Assembly: GCF_036321535.1 (NCBI RefSeq) | Contig: NC_087436.1 | Coordinates: 22,322,001 to 22,386,000 of the forward strand | DNA length: 64,000 nt | Direction: 5' to 3' | Source of the DNA: Camelus dromedarius | Lineage: Eukaryota | Part shown: piece by piece, positions 48,811-62,836 of the stretch | How positions within the stretch are numbered: position 1 is the first letter of the stretch | Layout of the letters: every line of letters begins with the position of its first letter | The notes under the pieces: model-generated | What the model saw: the letters and a program-made list of their open reading frames with translations, nothing else | What the model was told of the DNA's origin: nothing | Databases searched by the model: none | Made by a program: the position numbers and the translations under genes

Positions 48811-51800
48811 CTATACAACATTGTCTTTTACAGAGATCCGTGACACAGATCTCATTCTCACCATTATAATCTCAGAGGTTTTGGCCAAAATCAAAATTAG
48901 TGCTTAGAAACATTTATTGAAATTAGAAATTTCTTCTTAATAATATCTGTAATAAGGCTTCTAATTAACTCAAGGAATATCAAATTAGCTTAGTAAATCT
49001 AGTCATTACTTTTTAAATTATCTTAAGGCAAGGATCAAGAACTATTACCCATTAAATTTAATTTCTAAATAATCTTTTTTACATTGATAAGTTAAATACC
49101 ATTTTTTAAAAAGATAATATCTCTATTCCCTGAGGCCTTCTTTAAAAAAAAAAACAACAAAGAAAGGAAAGAAAAGAAAAAGAAAAAATTAGTCCAGCTA
49201 GTAGAGAAATTGTCCAAGATCCATAAGAGTTTCAAGCCAATGAACCTGTAGCAAATGTATTGTTGGTTTTGAGATCAATGGTATTCAATTTTTCTTAAAA
49301 TAGTATCCATTAAAAATTCAGCCCCAAATATAAGACAAGTCATCTTGACTGGAATAGGAATTCTTCTGAAAAATTCTCATAATTGTAGCAACATCACAGA
49401 AATCCTTACTGACATTTCTCATCTTCCTACATGCCCCTAACACCAGGAAACACCTCTTACAAGCTGTGTCTTTTCATCAGATTTCTTGCCCTGAGGTAGT
49501 AAATTCACCAGCCTAGGCAGCCACTCGATCCGAGAGCCTGGGCTTCCAGCAGCAGAGCCACAGTCACCGTTTACGTTATTAAGTGGTTCCTCTGCTTACA
49601 CTCACTTATGGGTTCATTTGGAATTATGTTTTGAGAGTCTACGCTGTGCCTGGTACTACTGTAGGTGCTTGGGATATAGCAATAAAATGTAAAAAAATCT
49701 TCCCATCTTCTTGGAATTTTACAAGTTATATTGTAAAGACTTCCTGGTCTGGATTATAAACACCATGGAAGGTTCCAAAGTCCCAGGACTATTGGAAGAA
49801 GATTCAGAGTTATAAGATAAATGCATATTATCAACAATCAGCTGGATTTATATGTGTTCAACAGGTACTGAGTTAAGTCCTATAAGTATTAGCTCAGGTA
49901 ATAATAGATGTTAAGTGATATATGCTGAGAAGAAGACATAGAAATATTTAAGTTCATTTGAAATTTTTTTTTCCCCAAAAAATGTCATTCTGTAGAATTA
50001 CACAACAGGCTTGTATGAGATATAAAGTTGCAACTAGCATCAGGTTCTTCAAGTAATGGGCACCATGACAAGTCAGTGGTCGTAGGACAGATAAATGGAG
50101 AAACCAGATAGGAGCATGTGGCCTGAAACACTATACATGCACTTTAATCAGCCCTTCACCACACCCACTTTAAGTCATGTGCAACATGCACATCATTGTC
50201 CAGTGATCCGAAACCTTGATGGAAAGACATTGTCCTTGCCGCATAGTAGATATCCCTAGTCTAGTGATGCAATTGTCATGCAAATTGTGATGCAAATGCA
50301 GCTATAGTCACCAGGTCTAGTAAGATCTTGTCTTGGCACTGACTGGCTGTGTAATCTCCAAAGAGTGGTTTGTGCTTTCTGAGCCTCTGAGCCCTCACTT
50401 GTAAAGTAAAGGTGCTGACAAGCTCTCCAGCATTCTGTGCCGATAAGCAACTATTTCTCAAGTTTGACAATAAAATACTTGATTGGTCTTACTCTCTTCT
50501 TCAGTAAAATCCTATGCTAGAGAACCAATGATTTTAATGTTTTATAGAAAAATACAGAACTGAAAATTAAAAAATACTTCTTCATTTATCTTAAAAGAAT
50601 CCAGCTTCGGAACAAGAGTTCTCTTGGTCATATTTTACAAAGCAGTTAAACGTACATCTCTTTTTATAGAACTTTTTTCGTCAGCTTCATATAATAGCCC
50701 AAGGAAAACATATTTTCCCAATGTTAATTATACAAGAGAAAAAGAGAAAAGAGAGAGAGAGGGGAACTCAACTTTTATGGGAAAAGGTTGAACGTATGAA
50801 AAGACAGTAATTTTTTAGCTCTGTTCAATCCTTCTGTGTCCTTTATTCTTTATTTGTGTGAGGATAATGTTGTACCAGTTCCCTAGGGAAAAAAGGCATC
50901 ATGGAATTGACAAAAGAAGGGAGGTCTGTTTGCTTTTCTATGATGCTAACGCAGTCCCTAGGAAGTCACTTGTCAGAGGTGACAGCGATTTGCTTGAAGA
51001 TTTGCCACCTTAAGCTGGGATTTTATCTTTGTTTTGATAATTTTTCATGTCACTGCTATTGTTGGGTTCTTTTACAAAATTTACTTCATGAGCTTTTATA
51101 TGTGCAACACATGAGTATATCGTTAAGGAAAAGATTTGGCCCATTTGTTACCATTGGTTCACTTGCTAACTTTAAATTAAAAAAAAAGTAATTTTACTAT
51201 TCTTATTTTTAACTCAGGGCTTTGATTTGTTTTGTGTTTGACTATTTACACACATTTGAAATCAATTTACATAGAATTTCAGTTGAAGCAGAAAAATTAG
51301 AGCAACTTAACCGCCTAGCACAACACTCCTGCCACTTCGGCTGCCTGCCATCGTTTACTGGTGTGTCTGGTGGATGCAGACAAGGGCTATATGAAAAACC
51401 CAGTAGAACATTCACCAACCCAACATAGGAAACTGTGGTCGACAATGACTGATGCCAGGGAGAGTTCCTTAGCTTTGTTTAAAAGCATATTTATTATCTT
51501 TTCTAATCATAAAAACAAACAAGCATATGACCTAAGGAGACAATTTAAAGAGTACAAAAACTTACTGCTAGATTGCTTTGTAGAAATTTCGAACAAATTA
51601 TCATTGCCAGCAGTATTACATAACACTTTTAGAGTTTTTTTCTTCAACATCGGGAACTCTCTTCTTCTAATTACAAATTTAATGAGGTTTTGTGCTTTTA
51701 AATGTGTCTATCTTTGATTAGTTGTGAACTGAAATGTTATTTAATATGTTACTTATTTTTCTGAGAACTTCTTGCTCAGGTTTTTCTGATTTTTCTTGGA

Positions 51801-53329
51801 GGGGGAGATTTTTATCAGTTGGCGAGAGTTGTTTAAAGCTGTTTTTAATGGAGATAATACTTAGAGGCTAGTAAATTAAATTATTTTCATTCTCCAAGAG
51901 CTCTAGTTTTTTATCATACCCCAGGGCTCCCAGTTAAATACTCTAGAGGATGTTGAACCAAGTGCTTTTTTTTTTTCCCATGGAATTTGTAGAGAATTCC
52001 CATCTTCATCCTTTATATGACAGCTAATCCAGGAGCCTTGTTGCCATAGCGTAGGAGACTATGGCAAAGAGAATGAAAGAATCTTCCCTCCTGGACAAGA
52101 GATATGAGGAAAAGAGGAGATAGGTCAGTAAAGAAGGAAGAAGGTCATCACAAGGGGTCTATCCCTCACTCCTAACCCTCAGTTATTCACTTGCCAGGAG
52201 AGAAATGCTTTTGTCTTTAGAAATACACAGGTAGGCAGAGCATGTAATTAGGCCAGACATTTGTTCACATTACAGATCCAGAAGGAGATCAGAAGCCCCT
52301 TATTTCACCTACAATACCCTGATCTTCACAAGTTGTATTCCCATCTGTGTTCTCTACCATCTCTACCGTTTATGATCTCACAGCATCAGAAGGGATGGAG
52401 TTTTTGGATTGGCCCTGACTTCTCAGCATCCTCCAGTCTCCACTGGAAAGCAATGAGGCTGTTGATTCTTTGACCCGGTGCCTGCTGAGTGTGACTGGGT
52501 CCCACTAGCAGTTTGAGCCTCGTGTCCTGGCGCCCTTCACAGGAGTCTCTGGTTCTGGCCATTTAGCTCTTGTTTCCAAATCCTTGTCCACTGTGGCCTC
52601 TTCACCCAGATCCAAGTGCCTCACTGCCCCCCTCAACAGGTGCATGGGCACCTCTGAGCCCCTTGCTGCACGTGCGCAGGCTAGTGGGAGCCAGAAACAC
52701 CTCCTGAGGGTCTTTCTCACTCTGGAATTGCAGTTCTGAGCCACTGTTCCAGCATCATGATGGAAGTAGCTTCGTATGTCTTCTCCTGGCGAATTGCAGT
52801 TCCAGGGTCCTTATCAGCATATGCAGAGACAAGTCTCTCTCCACATGGTCTTCACTTCTTGAGTGTTTAAAAATTAGCTCTCCAAGAAGTAGACTCAAGG
52901 GATTAGGGGATAAGGTGGGAGAAAATGATCAACAATTCACAATTCTACCTTCCTTTTCAACTTGAACTTTCTTTGCTATTCCCATAATGCATTGGACCAG
53001 AAGGGGTGCACATGTCCTTTCTCTGAAGAATATCTCCCTTCTACTCCCTAGGACTTCAAGACTCACGGGTAAGTATGTAGGTGAAGTGCTACCAATTGGA
53101 AATAGGAGTTAACAAGGACAAAAATAACATCTCCATTACATAATTAAGAAGAAAAACCATATCTATCATATTTGTAATAAATATTGCCCTAAAATTGCCT
53201 TCTCTTGTCATCAGTGTTATTATGAGCAAGGATGTTTTATTTCTATGTTTGAGAAGTCCTTCTTTATTCAAGGGTCAGAAGAAAGTTCATATAAATTGTG
53301 TATAATTTTATGTATACTTTATAATATTT

Positions 53330-54200
53330 TTGACACAAACTTTAATATACTTAGAATTTATTTTGATATATGGTATAAACTAAAAATCAAATGTTATAAT
53401 TTTCTAAATAATCATCTATTATTCCCAACAATTTGATGACTAGTTAGTCCTCTAACAGTTGATGATATTTCCTTTACCACAAACAAAATTAAAATGAGTG
53501 ACACCGTGAGCTATGTTGCTTTACTGATCTGATGATCTTTTTATTCATATTACAAAGTTTTGACTTTAAATCTTTCTAAGACTGGTCTCTTTTTCTGTTA
53601 GCTTTTCTTGCTTATTTATTTTTTCAAATGGATATTGTATTAAAGTGTAAGTAAATCTAGCTCATATTTAATTAGAATTACCATCAACCAGAACATTACC
53701 TTGGAAGGAATCTATTTCTTTAAAATATTGTCTTGACATCAAGACATGTGGTATGTGACTCTCTCTATGTGCTCAGTAAAGTTTTAGTTTTTGTTCATGT
53801 GTGCTATATAGTTCTCATAATGGTTATCCTAAATATTTCATATTTTTGTTCATGATTAATTATTACTTTTGATTTGATTTTAATTGATTATTGCTGATAC
53901 AAAGCTGCTGATACATTTAAATTTATTCTTAATCTCATCCCTTTTAGAAATTTTCAGTAAGTTCTATTTTACCTTCTAAGTGGAAAAATCGTATCATTTG
54001 CATACAATTATTTTCCTCCTCCTGTGTAACAGGTAAACCTCTTACTTTTTATTCTTATTTTATTTTCATGTATTGAGAAGAATTTTAGAAAAACATTAAA
54101 GATGGAAGTTATAGCTGGAATCCTTGTCTTATTCTTGATTTTAATGAGAATATCTCTAACAGTACATCATTCGAATGGTAGAAACAAATTTCTAAATGAA
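53330..54200 (-). mobile_element. Very old L1 (L1M) ORF2 remnant
   Basis: T-rich, with ATCCTTGTCTTATTCTTGATTTTAATGAGAA; the minus-strand ORF track shows FSLKSRIRQG, resembling L1 RT FPLKTGTRQG. Confidence 0.65.
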
Positions 54201-54363
54201 GGAGAGTTGACAAAGACTTCATAGATGTTTTAAGGCCTCTGTGTGTGACTGTTACACTCACATACACATGTTTAACCTGCGAGTTTTCCATGTTCCCCCT
54301 CCAAATTTGACATAAGGCATAGGGAGTGACTATGGGAAGATGGATTAGCAAATTGAAGTGGGG

Positions 54364-54840
54364 TGGACTAGTTTCCTGTGGCTACTACAACAAATCACCA
54401 CAAATCAGGGAGCTGAAAACAGAAATTCATTATCTAACAGTTTGGGGGGATGGACGTCCAAACTCAAGCTTTTGGTGGAGCCTCAATCCCTCCAGAGGCT
54501 GTAGGGTAGTTCTTTGCCTCTTCCAGCTCCTGGTGGCTCACTGTGTGTCCTGACCTATGACTGCATCACCCCAATCTCTGCCTCCCTGCTCACACTGTCC
54601 TCTCCTCTTCTGTCTATGTTTTTCCCTTGCCTCTTTCTTGTAAGGACACTTATGATTGTATCTGGGACCCAACCAGGTATTCCCAGGTAATCTCCCCATC
54701 CAAGATCCTTAACTTAATCACACCCGTGACCATATAAGGTACTGTTTTCTCTTTTGTCATATTAGGTAATATTTACAGGTTCTGGGGATTAGGGTATGAA
54801 CATATCTTTGGAGAGGAGTGGTCACCATCAACCCACTACA
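54364..54840 (-). mobile_element. MLT1B/C MaLR solo LTR
   Basis: Full length, TG...CA, ending CAACCCACTACA. 5-bp near-TSD TGGGG/TGTGG. Confidence 0.85.
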
Positions 54841-54910
54841 TGTGGAGAAATGAGTTATTGGCAAAACCAGATATACCTTTTCCCTAGTTGCAGAAACAAC
54901 AGAACCTGCA

Positions 54911-55292
54911 TGTGTTAGTCTGCTTGAGCTGCCATATAAACTAACATAGACTGAGTGGCTTAAACAATGGAAATTTTTTTCTCAGAGTTCTGGAGGCTGA
55001 GAAGTCCAAGATCAAGATGCTGGCCAAGTAGCCTTTATTCTAATACTTCTCTTGGTTTGTAAGTGGCTGCCCTCTCCCTCTATGCTCTCGTGACCTCTTC
55101 TTTGTGCATATGCACATCTCTCGCCCTTCTCTTTTTATAAGGTCACCAATCCTATCCTTATCAGTCCCACCCTTATGGCCTCATTTAGCCTTAATTACCT
55201 CGTATATATCCTATCTATATCCCAATACAGTCACATTGGGGGTTAGAGTGTCAACATATGAATTAGGGGGGCACATAATTGAGTCTATAACA
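54911..55292 (-). mobile_element. MLT1A MaLR solo LTR
   Basis: TGTGTTAGTCTGCTTGAGCTGCC...GTTCTGGAGGCTGAGAAGTCCAAGATCAAG...GTCTATAACA. Confidence 0.85.
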
Positions 55293-56439
55293 CTCCTTAG
55301 TTTCTATAAATCAACTGCAATCTCTCTCCAGTAAATGTTGCTTTATTAAATAAAACAGAGCAAATATTTTCCTTAATGGTAGGATACATTTGGACAAACT
55401 ATCAAAGAATAATTTCAATATAAAATAATAAAGCTATCCATTTATGGAGATAATCTGGTCAGTCAATTTTTTTTCCCAAAAGGCAAGGAGGGCAGAAGTA
55501 TATTTACCTTGACCAATGGTCTGAAAAGTATATGTAGACCTTGAGAAATTAATGAAAAGTCCACCAGTATTCTGAACAGCATACAGTAACTTTTAGGAAA
55601 AGAGCTACCATATGTTCTGAGAAAAACTTCAAGGACCAAGAGCTGATTCTGTTTAAGAGGCCATTGAAGCACCCATGAAGTATCTCAGACGGACTGTCAA
55701 GCACTTGTTCCATTGTACAAAAATGAATAAATGAATAAAAATAATTAAATAAAAGTTTTAAAATTGGTGTTTGAATCAAAATTGCTGTTATACAGTATAT
55801 TGTTTAATTTTTGTAGTAAAATTAGATTTTCCATTAAAAAATTCCCTTTATTTTATTTTGTTGAGTTCTGTCTCTTGTTGATTCATTCTTGAGATTGTCC
55901 TGGTTCTCATGCTCTTATTTGTTATTTAAGACTAGAATTTAGTAATTTACAGATAGAGTCTAAGTTCTCTCTGAACTTCTTCTTTTTATTTATTTTTTTA
56001 AAATGCTATTTCTTTTTAGTCTTCTCTTTGTTGTAAAATCTATTTTTAGTTACTCAAATAGTACATGTACATAATTGCTGTGTAAAAATCCAAAGCATTA
56101 CAGATGAGATAAAATTCTCTTTGATCTTCTTCCTTGATTTTGATTCTGGCTCCCTTTTCCCAAAGGATCTTACAGTGTTACGTTTTCTAAGCATGTGTTG
56201 TTCTCTGATTCATCCAGAGGATGAAGTGGGTATGTTCCTCCCTCTATTCATTGTGTGTACTTACTTATTCACTTACTCAACCATCAATTCCTAAGGACTG
56301 GCTCCTGCACTCTGAACACCTCACATGCTAAAGTGATCAACTTGTGTGTAGATGAAGGAATTTTTACATTATGGATTCCTGATTCTAATCTCTGACTCCT
56401 ACTTTCAGACAAAAGAGAATGTTTAGCACGCGCAACACT

Positions 56440-56610
56440 CTAAGGAATTTTACCATTTGTGAATTGTACCTACGTCAATTTCTTTGTTTTGTTATAGTTG
56501 TTAAGACATTACCATTGGGGGAAACTGAGTAAAGAGTACATGACACTTCTTTTTATTTCTTTTTAATCGTACTGTGAGTCTATAATTATTTCAAAATAAA
56601 ACAATAATAA
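56440..56610 (+). mobile_element. L1MC/ME 3' terminus
   Basis: ACCATTGGGGGAAACTGAGTAAAGAGTACA...TGTGAGTCTATAATTATTTCAAAATAAAA. Confidence 0.7.
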
Positions 56611-59062
56611 AAAAAGTAGAAAAAGAGTTTTACCATTTTCCCTTGGTATTGAAACTATAAATATTTTTCTCTTAGATACTAATTTTGTGAAAAAGAGAAA
56701 GAGAGAGTAAGAAAGAAAGCCGAATTGTGATTGCCATATATTGGTAGCAAAACTCCTAAGGACAAGTTGTAAGAGCACTTTAAATCACATAAGCAAGAAA
56801 ATGAAAGCTTGTTAAACAAAGTCATTAAGGCAAATGCCCACTCAGAGGAGGCACAGTGAGCCCTGTTATAACTCCACTAAGTGTTACCTCTAAAGAAAGT
56901 TGCATTCATTGTGTTTAATTTGCCTCAAATGCTTTTAAGAATAAACTTCTTATATACTGAGTTTATGGAATGTGGAAGGTAAATAGTCCTTGGAGAGCAT
57001 ATTGGAGGTTGTTATAAGAGGCACACATCATTTTAAACTAAACCTTTAGCATCTGTTTCAGGCTCCAATTACAAATGATGAAACTGACAATAATTTACAC
57101 TTACTCTGTAAAACGGAAAGGAGGTGATTAAGGATGTTGTGTGATCCTTATTCAATGCAAACTGCATCTGCTGTGGTTTCTCTTATACCTGCCTGTCTGG
57201 AAGAAAAGTTGCCCTGATCCCCCGAACAAGGGGAAGAAAGCTCTTGTACACTTTGAGATATCTGACTCAAATTTTGTGTGTATCCTCTGTGCATCCTAAA
57301 CTAAATCATTTTCCTTTTTATCATCCTAAACCAGATAAACGCGCTAATATAAACAGTTTACCATTAATAGGGTTTAAAATTTACTTCCTGTTATAACACA
57401 CACTTAGAGACTTCAACCTCTTTAGGAATGATAGCAAAGCCATTTTATATGCTCAGTGTATATGCTCACCACCACCATATGATTGTCTCTATGTCTATGG
57501 TTTTGCATTTAGGTCAATTTCAATAACAGTATTGGTTGAAACCATTGCTGTATCTTGGAATCACCTGAGAAGTGAAAAAATGTCTCGGTTGTTGAGGTTC
57601 TGAAACAATTTCCTAGGATGGATGGGAACATCTGGTCTTTTTAACATAATAGTTAAGCTTGTAAAGCACTGCATATACAAAAATTCTTTGACTGACTGAC
57701 ATCACTGGTGTTGCTCATCTGAGACATTTCAAGATTTTAATCATTCAACTAACTTACTACAGCCTACTTTCAGCCCACTATTCTCCTTCCCCCTTCTTCA
57801 AACTCACCGTCATCTTTTAAGTTACAAGTCTTGTGGCATCAGATACTTTTATGTACTTGCTGATTGCCCGCACTAGACCTAGTCACCTGAATAACATACG
57901 TCTGGCAAACTTACTGATTGTACAACAATTACCATTTACAAATGGTCTGGCAAAACCAAATTGCAATAGGGTGTCAATCTCAGCTTTAGCTAGGGTTTTG
58001 GGTTCCAAAACACAACATTGCAAATTTTAGATGAATACAGTCAGAAATTAGGCTAAGAAGAATACACATGAACTATTTTGCCAAGATCCCAATTGGCTGC
58101 AAAGGAAACCAAAGGAAGGCAAGAATGATGATTCATTGACAAACTGGTTCAAGGAACCAACCTATATAAGTTGGTTCATTGAGTCTTTTGAAAATGCCTG
58201 TAATATAAATCTCCTCTTTGTGCCTTGATAATGACTGGAAGAGTCCAATGAAACAAAATTCAGGCTCACATGTAATTTCTGTCATTTATTCTTTGAACAG
58301 ATATTTATTGCTTAACTAGTATATGTAAGACCTATTTCTAGCTACTTGCTCTGCATTCATGAATATGTCACAGATGCTCAAAATTTTTCAGGAAACGTGT
58401 GTGTGTTTGTATGTGTGTGCATGTGTAAGTCTAGCAGGGATTCTAAAGTTTGACAAAAGATATCTAACATAATGAGTAAAACAGAATTCTTGGGAGTAGT
58501 AATTACTTGCAGTAGTAATTACTTGCAGAGGCTTAGAAAAGCATATGTAATATTATATACCATTATATTCATAAGTTTTTAAAAAATCTATTTTTTTTAA
58601 GTTCAAGAAAATCTTCATGGCATTGATAGTTTATAGTGTTAAAAGACCAAGAAATAGTGCTGTAATGTAAGATAAGTTATAGTTATTCATTTAATGGGAT
58701 TACAAGATAGAAACTGGAGTAGAAATAGAGTGCACCCTCTGGGATACTCAGGGATGGGTTCAACCAAGATGATGTTACAAACTCACCTCAGTCTAGCCCA
58801 TCAGAGAAGTTTGGTTCTTTGGGTAAATATCCAGTAGCCTTTGATTGATTAGAGCTATGTGAGGCCTTTAACCATCTTTCTCCTTTTACTACCCTACAAG
58901 GTGATATGTTGTGATGAAAACAAATCTTAGACTGAATTCTGTTGAAAGTGGGAACATTTATTGACAAGTAGAGACAAATGAGTAATACAGCTTGTTCTTA
59001 GGGCGTAGGCAAGTCCCACTTCCTGCCCTTGGCATTGTACCTGAAGGTAGATACATACATCT

Positions 59063-59467
59063 TGAGTTAGCAGGAAAGGTGTTTATTTGGGGTTTGTTAG
59101 AATTGCAGCCCGGGAGACACAGATTCAAGAAGTACTTGAATTCTGCTCCACCAGACTACAAAACAGGGGATGCTTATAAAGACAAAACCCACAAGGTTAC
59201 AGTTAGTTACGTGAGTTGTTTATCAAGAATTATAATAGGAGCTGGCAAGAAGTAAGGGTGCTTTTTAAGTAAAAATTGGTTGGGGTCTGAAATGGTTGTA
59301 AGTTGCAAGGGGAGACCTTGAGACTATAAGGTTTCAGCTGGCAGGTGTTGTTGAATATGGTCCTTGGGTCTGGTACAGTTCAAAGAAAGTTCAGGTTCTA
59401 AGTGGTGCAGAGATGAATCTGAGACTGGATTCTCAATGGCTGTCCAACTCTATTTTTGTATGCCTCA
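59063..59467 (-). mobile_element. ERV1 solo LTR (MER41-like layout)
   Basis: TGAG...CTCA ends, near-TSD ATCT/ATCA, and minus-strand AATAAA and TATA (TTTATT ~59082, CTTATA ~59173). Confidence 0.7.
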
Positions 59468-60499
59468 ATCATGATTACTCTGTTATAATTTCAATTTGTC
59501 ATCATCTTACATTTATATAAAGTATATTTTCTCACACATAATAAAGTAGATGAAATATCTGAATTGAAACTAGGGTGACTAGGGGCCTGCCAATTGCACT
59601 AGGATGGAGAGAGCATTCTCTGTAGAATAAATGGCAGGTTGATGTACACAGCAGAAAAGAGCATGGGGAACGTGGTTTGGTACACTGGAGCCTAGGGTAG
59701 ATGCGTAGGAGCAATTGGATAAGTACAGTGATTACTAGCTAAACTATGCAGAATTTATACATGGCGCTAAAGTTCTCCGGTCATTGGTACTACAGAGAGA
59801 AGTTGGTTATGGACTGGATAAGTAATTTCCAAATAGACTTCTCCTATTAAAGTTCTACCTTAATACTACGGGAATCAGGGTTGGTAGGAATGGTCTTTAT
59901 GAAAAAGAGTCTAGTGTGGAGGTTACAAAGATGGGCTTGGCAGTCAGCTAGATTCCTGCTTTATCATTTACTAGCTGAGTTAAGTCACTTCTCTTAAGCT
60001 TCATTTTGTCATCATAAAATGCAGACAACTGTACTTTCCACAAAGAGTCAAGGGCTGTTCTACTTTGCAAATGTTCCAGGTTAATTATGGAACTGGTTGT
60101 TCATTAGATCTATGTGTCGGTGAAGACCAAATAGCACTTTTTGAGAATAAAAATTCTCTCTTCCTTGGCCTGCCACACAGGAAGGCTTATTAAGAATATT
60201 TCTTAGTTGTTTCTCTGTAAAGAAACACCTCTGTCGTCTCTTTATTTTGCAGGAGTCTATCATCATTTATAATTTGCTTTAAATACTTTCTGGAAAAATA
60301 TCAGACAAATATATATACAAATATATATATACTATTGCTTGCTGAGGGCTGGGCTTTGTTCTTAAAGGCATTGGGGCGTTATCAACTATTTATTTGGAGA
60401 CTGACATGGTCAGATTTGTGCTATAGAATGCGTACTCTGGCACCATAGAAAGAGTGGACAGAGAAGGGTGGAATTAGTAATTTTATCAGAATATAGTTT

Positions 60500-61059
60500 T
60501 GTTACCAAACAAAAGTTCATGTGCCCAAAGCATGAAAACAAAAAACAGAACCGTCAGAGTTTGGAGCAGAGAAAGGTTTATTGCAGGGCCAAGCAAGGAG
60601 GGTGGGGGGCTTGTGCTTGAAAAACCTGAACTTCCAGATGGTTTTTGGGGAAACGTTTTTATAGGCAAATTTGGAGTGAGGGCTGTGGGGTGTATGAGAC
60701 TTTCTTCTGATTGGTTAGTGCTGAGGGGGCAGGGCGGTGTTCTAGGAATATGTGCTTAGCCTGAAGGTGCCATCCACCTGGGTAGGGGCCTTAGTTCCAG
60801 CAGAAGAACTCAACCATATTGTTATGCATTGTTACAAGGAGGAACCAGGACCTTGCCCCAAGGCTGCACTATTGTTTTCTGACTGCTCCTCCCTTGTGTC
60901 TGCATCCCCTCCCTTCCCTGATTAGCAATTGTTTGAATCTGCCCTTTGGAACTCAGGGAAGGTCAAGGAGGCTGAAGGAAGCCCATTTCCTACTAATAGG
61001 AAATGGGGGCCATGGAAAGGATCTGTACCAGGGAGGGTACAGGGTCCTGCTCTGTTTCA
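60500..61059 (-). mobile_element. ERV1 solo LTR
   Basis: TG...CA with perfect 4-bp TSD GTTT (60496-60499 and 61060-61063). Minus-strand CCAAT (~60710), TATAAAA (60657-60663) and AATAAA (60577-60582) are in the correct order. Confidence 0.85.
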
Positions 61060-62357
61060 GTTTGAGATCTTATATCAGTATTTCCTTGGTGTCTGTTAAG
61101 AATGAACTTTCTGAGGATAAGATCCAGGACTCTGCTCTTCAAATGACATTTTGTACCCACTTGAGTTTGAGAGCCACTGGAAGTGTCCCATAGATTGATT
61201 AAGAGACCATTTCACTAAGCCAGGCAAATAATAGATGATGGAGGTCTAAGGAAGGGAAGTAAGAATGAACGTTGGAAAAATACAGTTTTTGAGAAATACT
61301 GAGTTCTAAATTAATTGTTTTACCAAATTCTTAGCCTTTTCCCTGATGAGGTTAATCTCCAGGTCTCCAGGTCCGCTTGAAATACTTTGGCAATAAGTAA
61401 TGACACATCTGAATAACAAAAGTGGTATCAGAAAGGAGACAATTGAACCCAGCAGTTGCTCAGTTCCTCCTTTGCTTCAGTCGAGTCCACTGACTGGGTT
61501 TGGTCCTTGTCTTTTATGTGAAACCTGTCAGATCCAGTTGGTTCAGGGAAGCTGTTAAGTAGAGGGAGACTAAGCTTTCCTGACAAGCAGTGGAGCCCAG
61601 AATAGTTTAGTTTCCACAAGAGACAATTTGCTAAGATCAGAATGGAACTCCACCAAGTTTTTACCCCTGAAGCTGCAGGCGATGCCTCAGGCGGTGGGTG
61701 TGTGTGTATCAGTGTCAGATTTTTGGTGAGATAAAGGCCAGTGGCAGACAAAATGGGAGCAGGATACTGAAAGGACCTGCCATTTTGATCTTTAAAGGTC
61801 CTTTTGTAGGAACTGACTCCAGTGATTGCTCTTCAAACAAGTAAGAAAGTTGAGAAATCAGTCACTCCTGAAAGGCCCCCAGGGAGGTCCCTGCAGGATT
61901 CAGCAGGCTTTATTACCAATGATGTTTTCTCTTCCCTAGTTGTTCTTCCACAAGAAAAGATGGCCAAAATCTGAATTACCAATAAAGCAAGCTTCTGCGA
62001 CATCCTCCCCTCCCCCCCCCCGTTATTTGATATATAAGCTGCCTCCTCACCCAGGTTTGTGATGAAGAAAGTCTCATGCTTGTGCTTCTCCAGATTGAGG
62101 GAATGCCTAAATGGCAGAAAGGGTATAATTTCTTCCTTTACTGTGAAACCTCTAAACCTGTAGCAGGGGCGCTCAGAGACAGAGAATATGAGGAAAGGGG
62201 GTGGAGGGGGTAGTTGGAAGAAGAAGGGTTGGTAGAACGAAAGTACTATTTTCTTAAGAGGACTTGAAAACCTTCACGAATAGAACAACGGTTTGTCCAT
62301 CCGTTGATTTTTCTCTATGCTTTTGTAAAGGGAAATATCCAGCTTGAAGACTACAAA

Positions 62358-62836
62358 TGTCGACTGAAATAAATGTGCAGCCTAAAAGTTAAGAGTTATG
62401 TTTTATTTGGCAGGAGGACTCGAGCCGGGATGGCAGCCTCTTAGATCGCCCTGAGGGGCTGCTCCGAAGAGGTAGGGGAGGAGGTAGGATATAGAGGAGC
62501 TTTACAACAAAGACCAGGTAGTTGGAGTAATAAGAGATTACTTGTTATCTAAAGAAAACCAGGCATCTCAAGTTAAAGAATTTAGTGCTTTTCTGTGTAT
62601 GGGAGGAAGCACACATTTGGGCTCACTGAATTCATTCTTCTGACAAGCACCTAGCTGTCTAGGGCCAGTATCCTGTCCTTTATTATTCTGAGTCCCCTCA
62701 GGGAGCACCATTGTGAGTAGCTGCAAGGCTGGGCTGCAGGCTTGTCTTCACTGGAGGGGGGGCGGCAGTCGCTGACAACTTGATGGTTTCAACCTTCTTT
62801 GTTTACTGATATGATTTGCAGTATTTTTCGTTCACA
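62358..62836 (-). mobile_element. Young ERV1 solo LTR (CpG-retaining)
   Basis: TG...CA, 4-bp near-TSD CAAA/CAAG, minus-strand AATAAA at ~62402, and several intact CpGs. Confidence 0.8.

Noticed and set aside
51222..51717. Overlapping ORFs of 68-118 aa as a possible exon or processed pseudogene
   Set aside because: No recognisable homology, no poly-A or TSD, and no convincing splice pair.
58495..58526. 16-bp tandem duplication AGTAGTAATTACTTGC x2
   Set aside because: Real, but an ordinary slippage-type duplication with no supporting context.
60819..61193. 124-aa ORF
   Set aside because: It lies mostly inside a solo LTR on the opposite strand and is best explained as a chance open frame.
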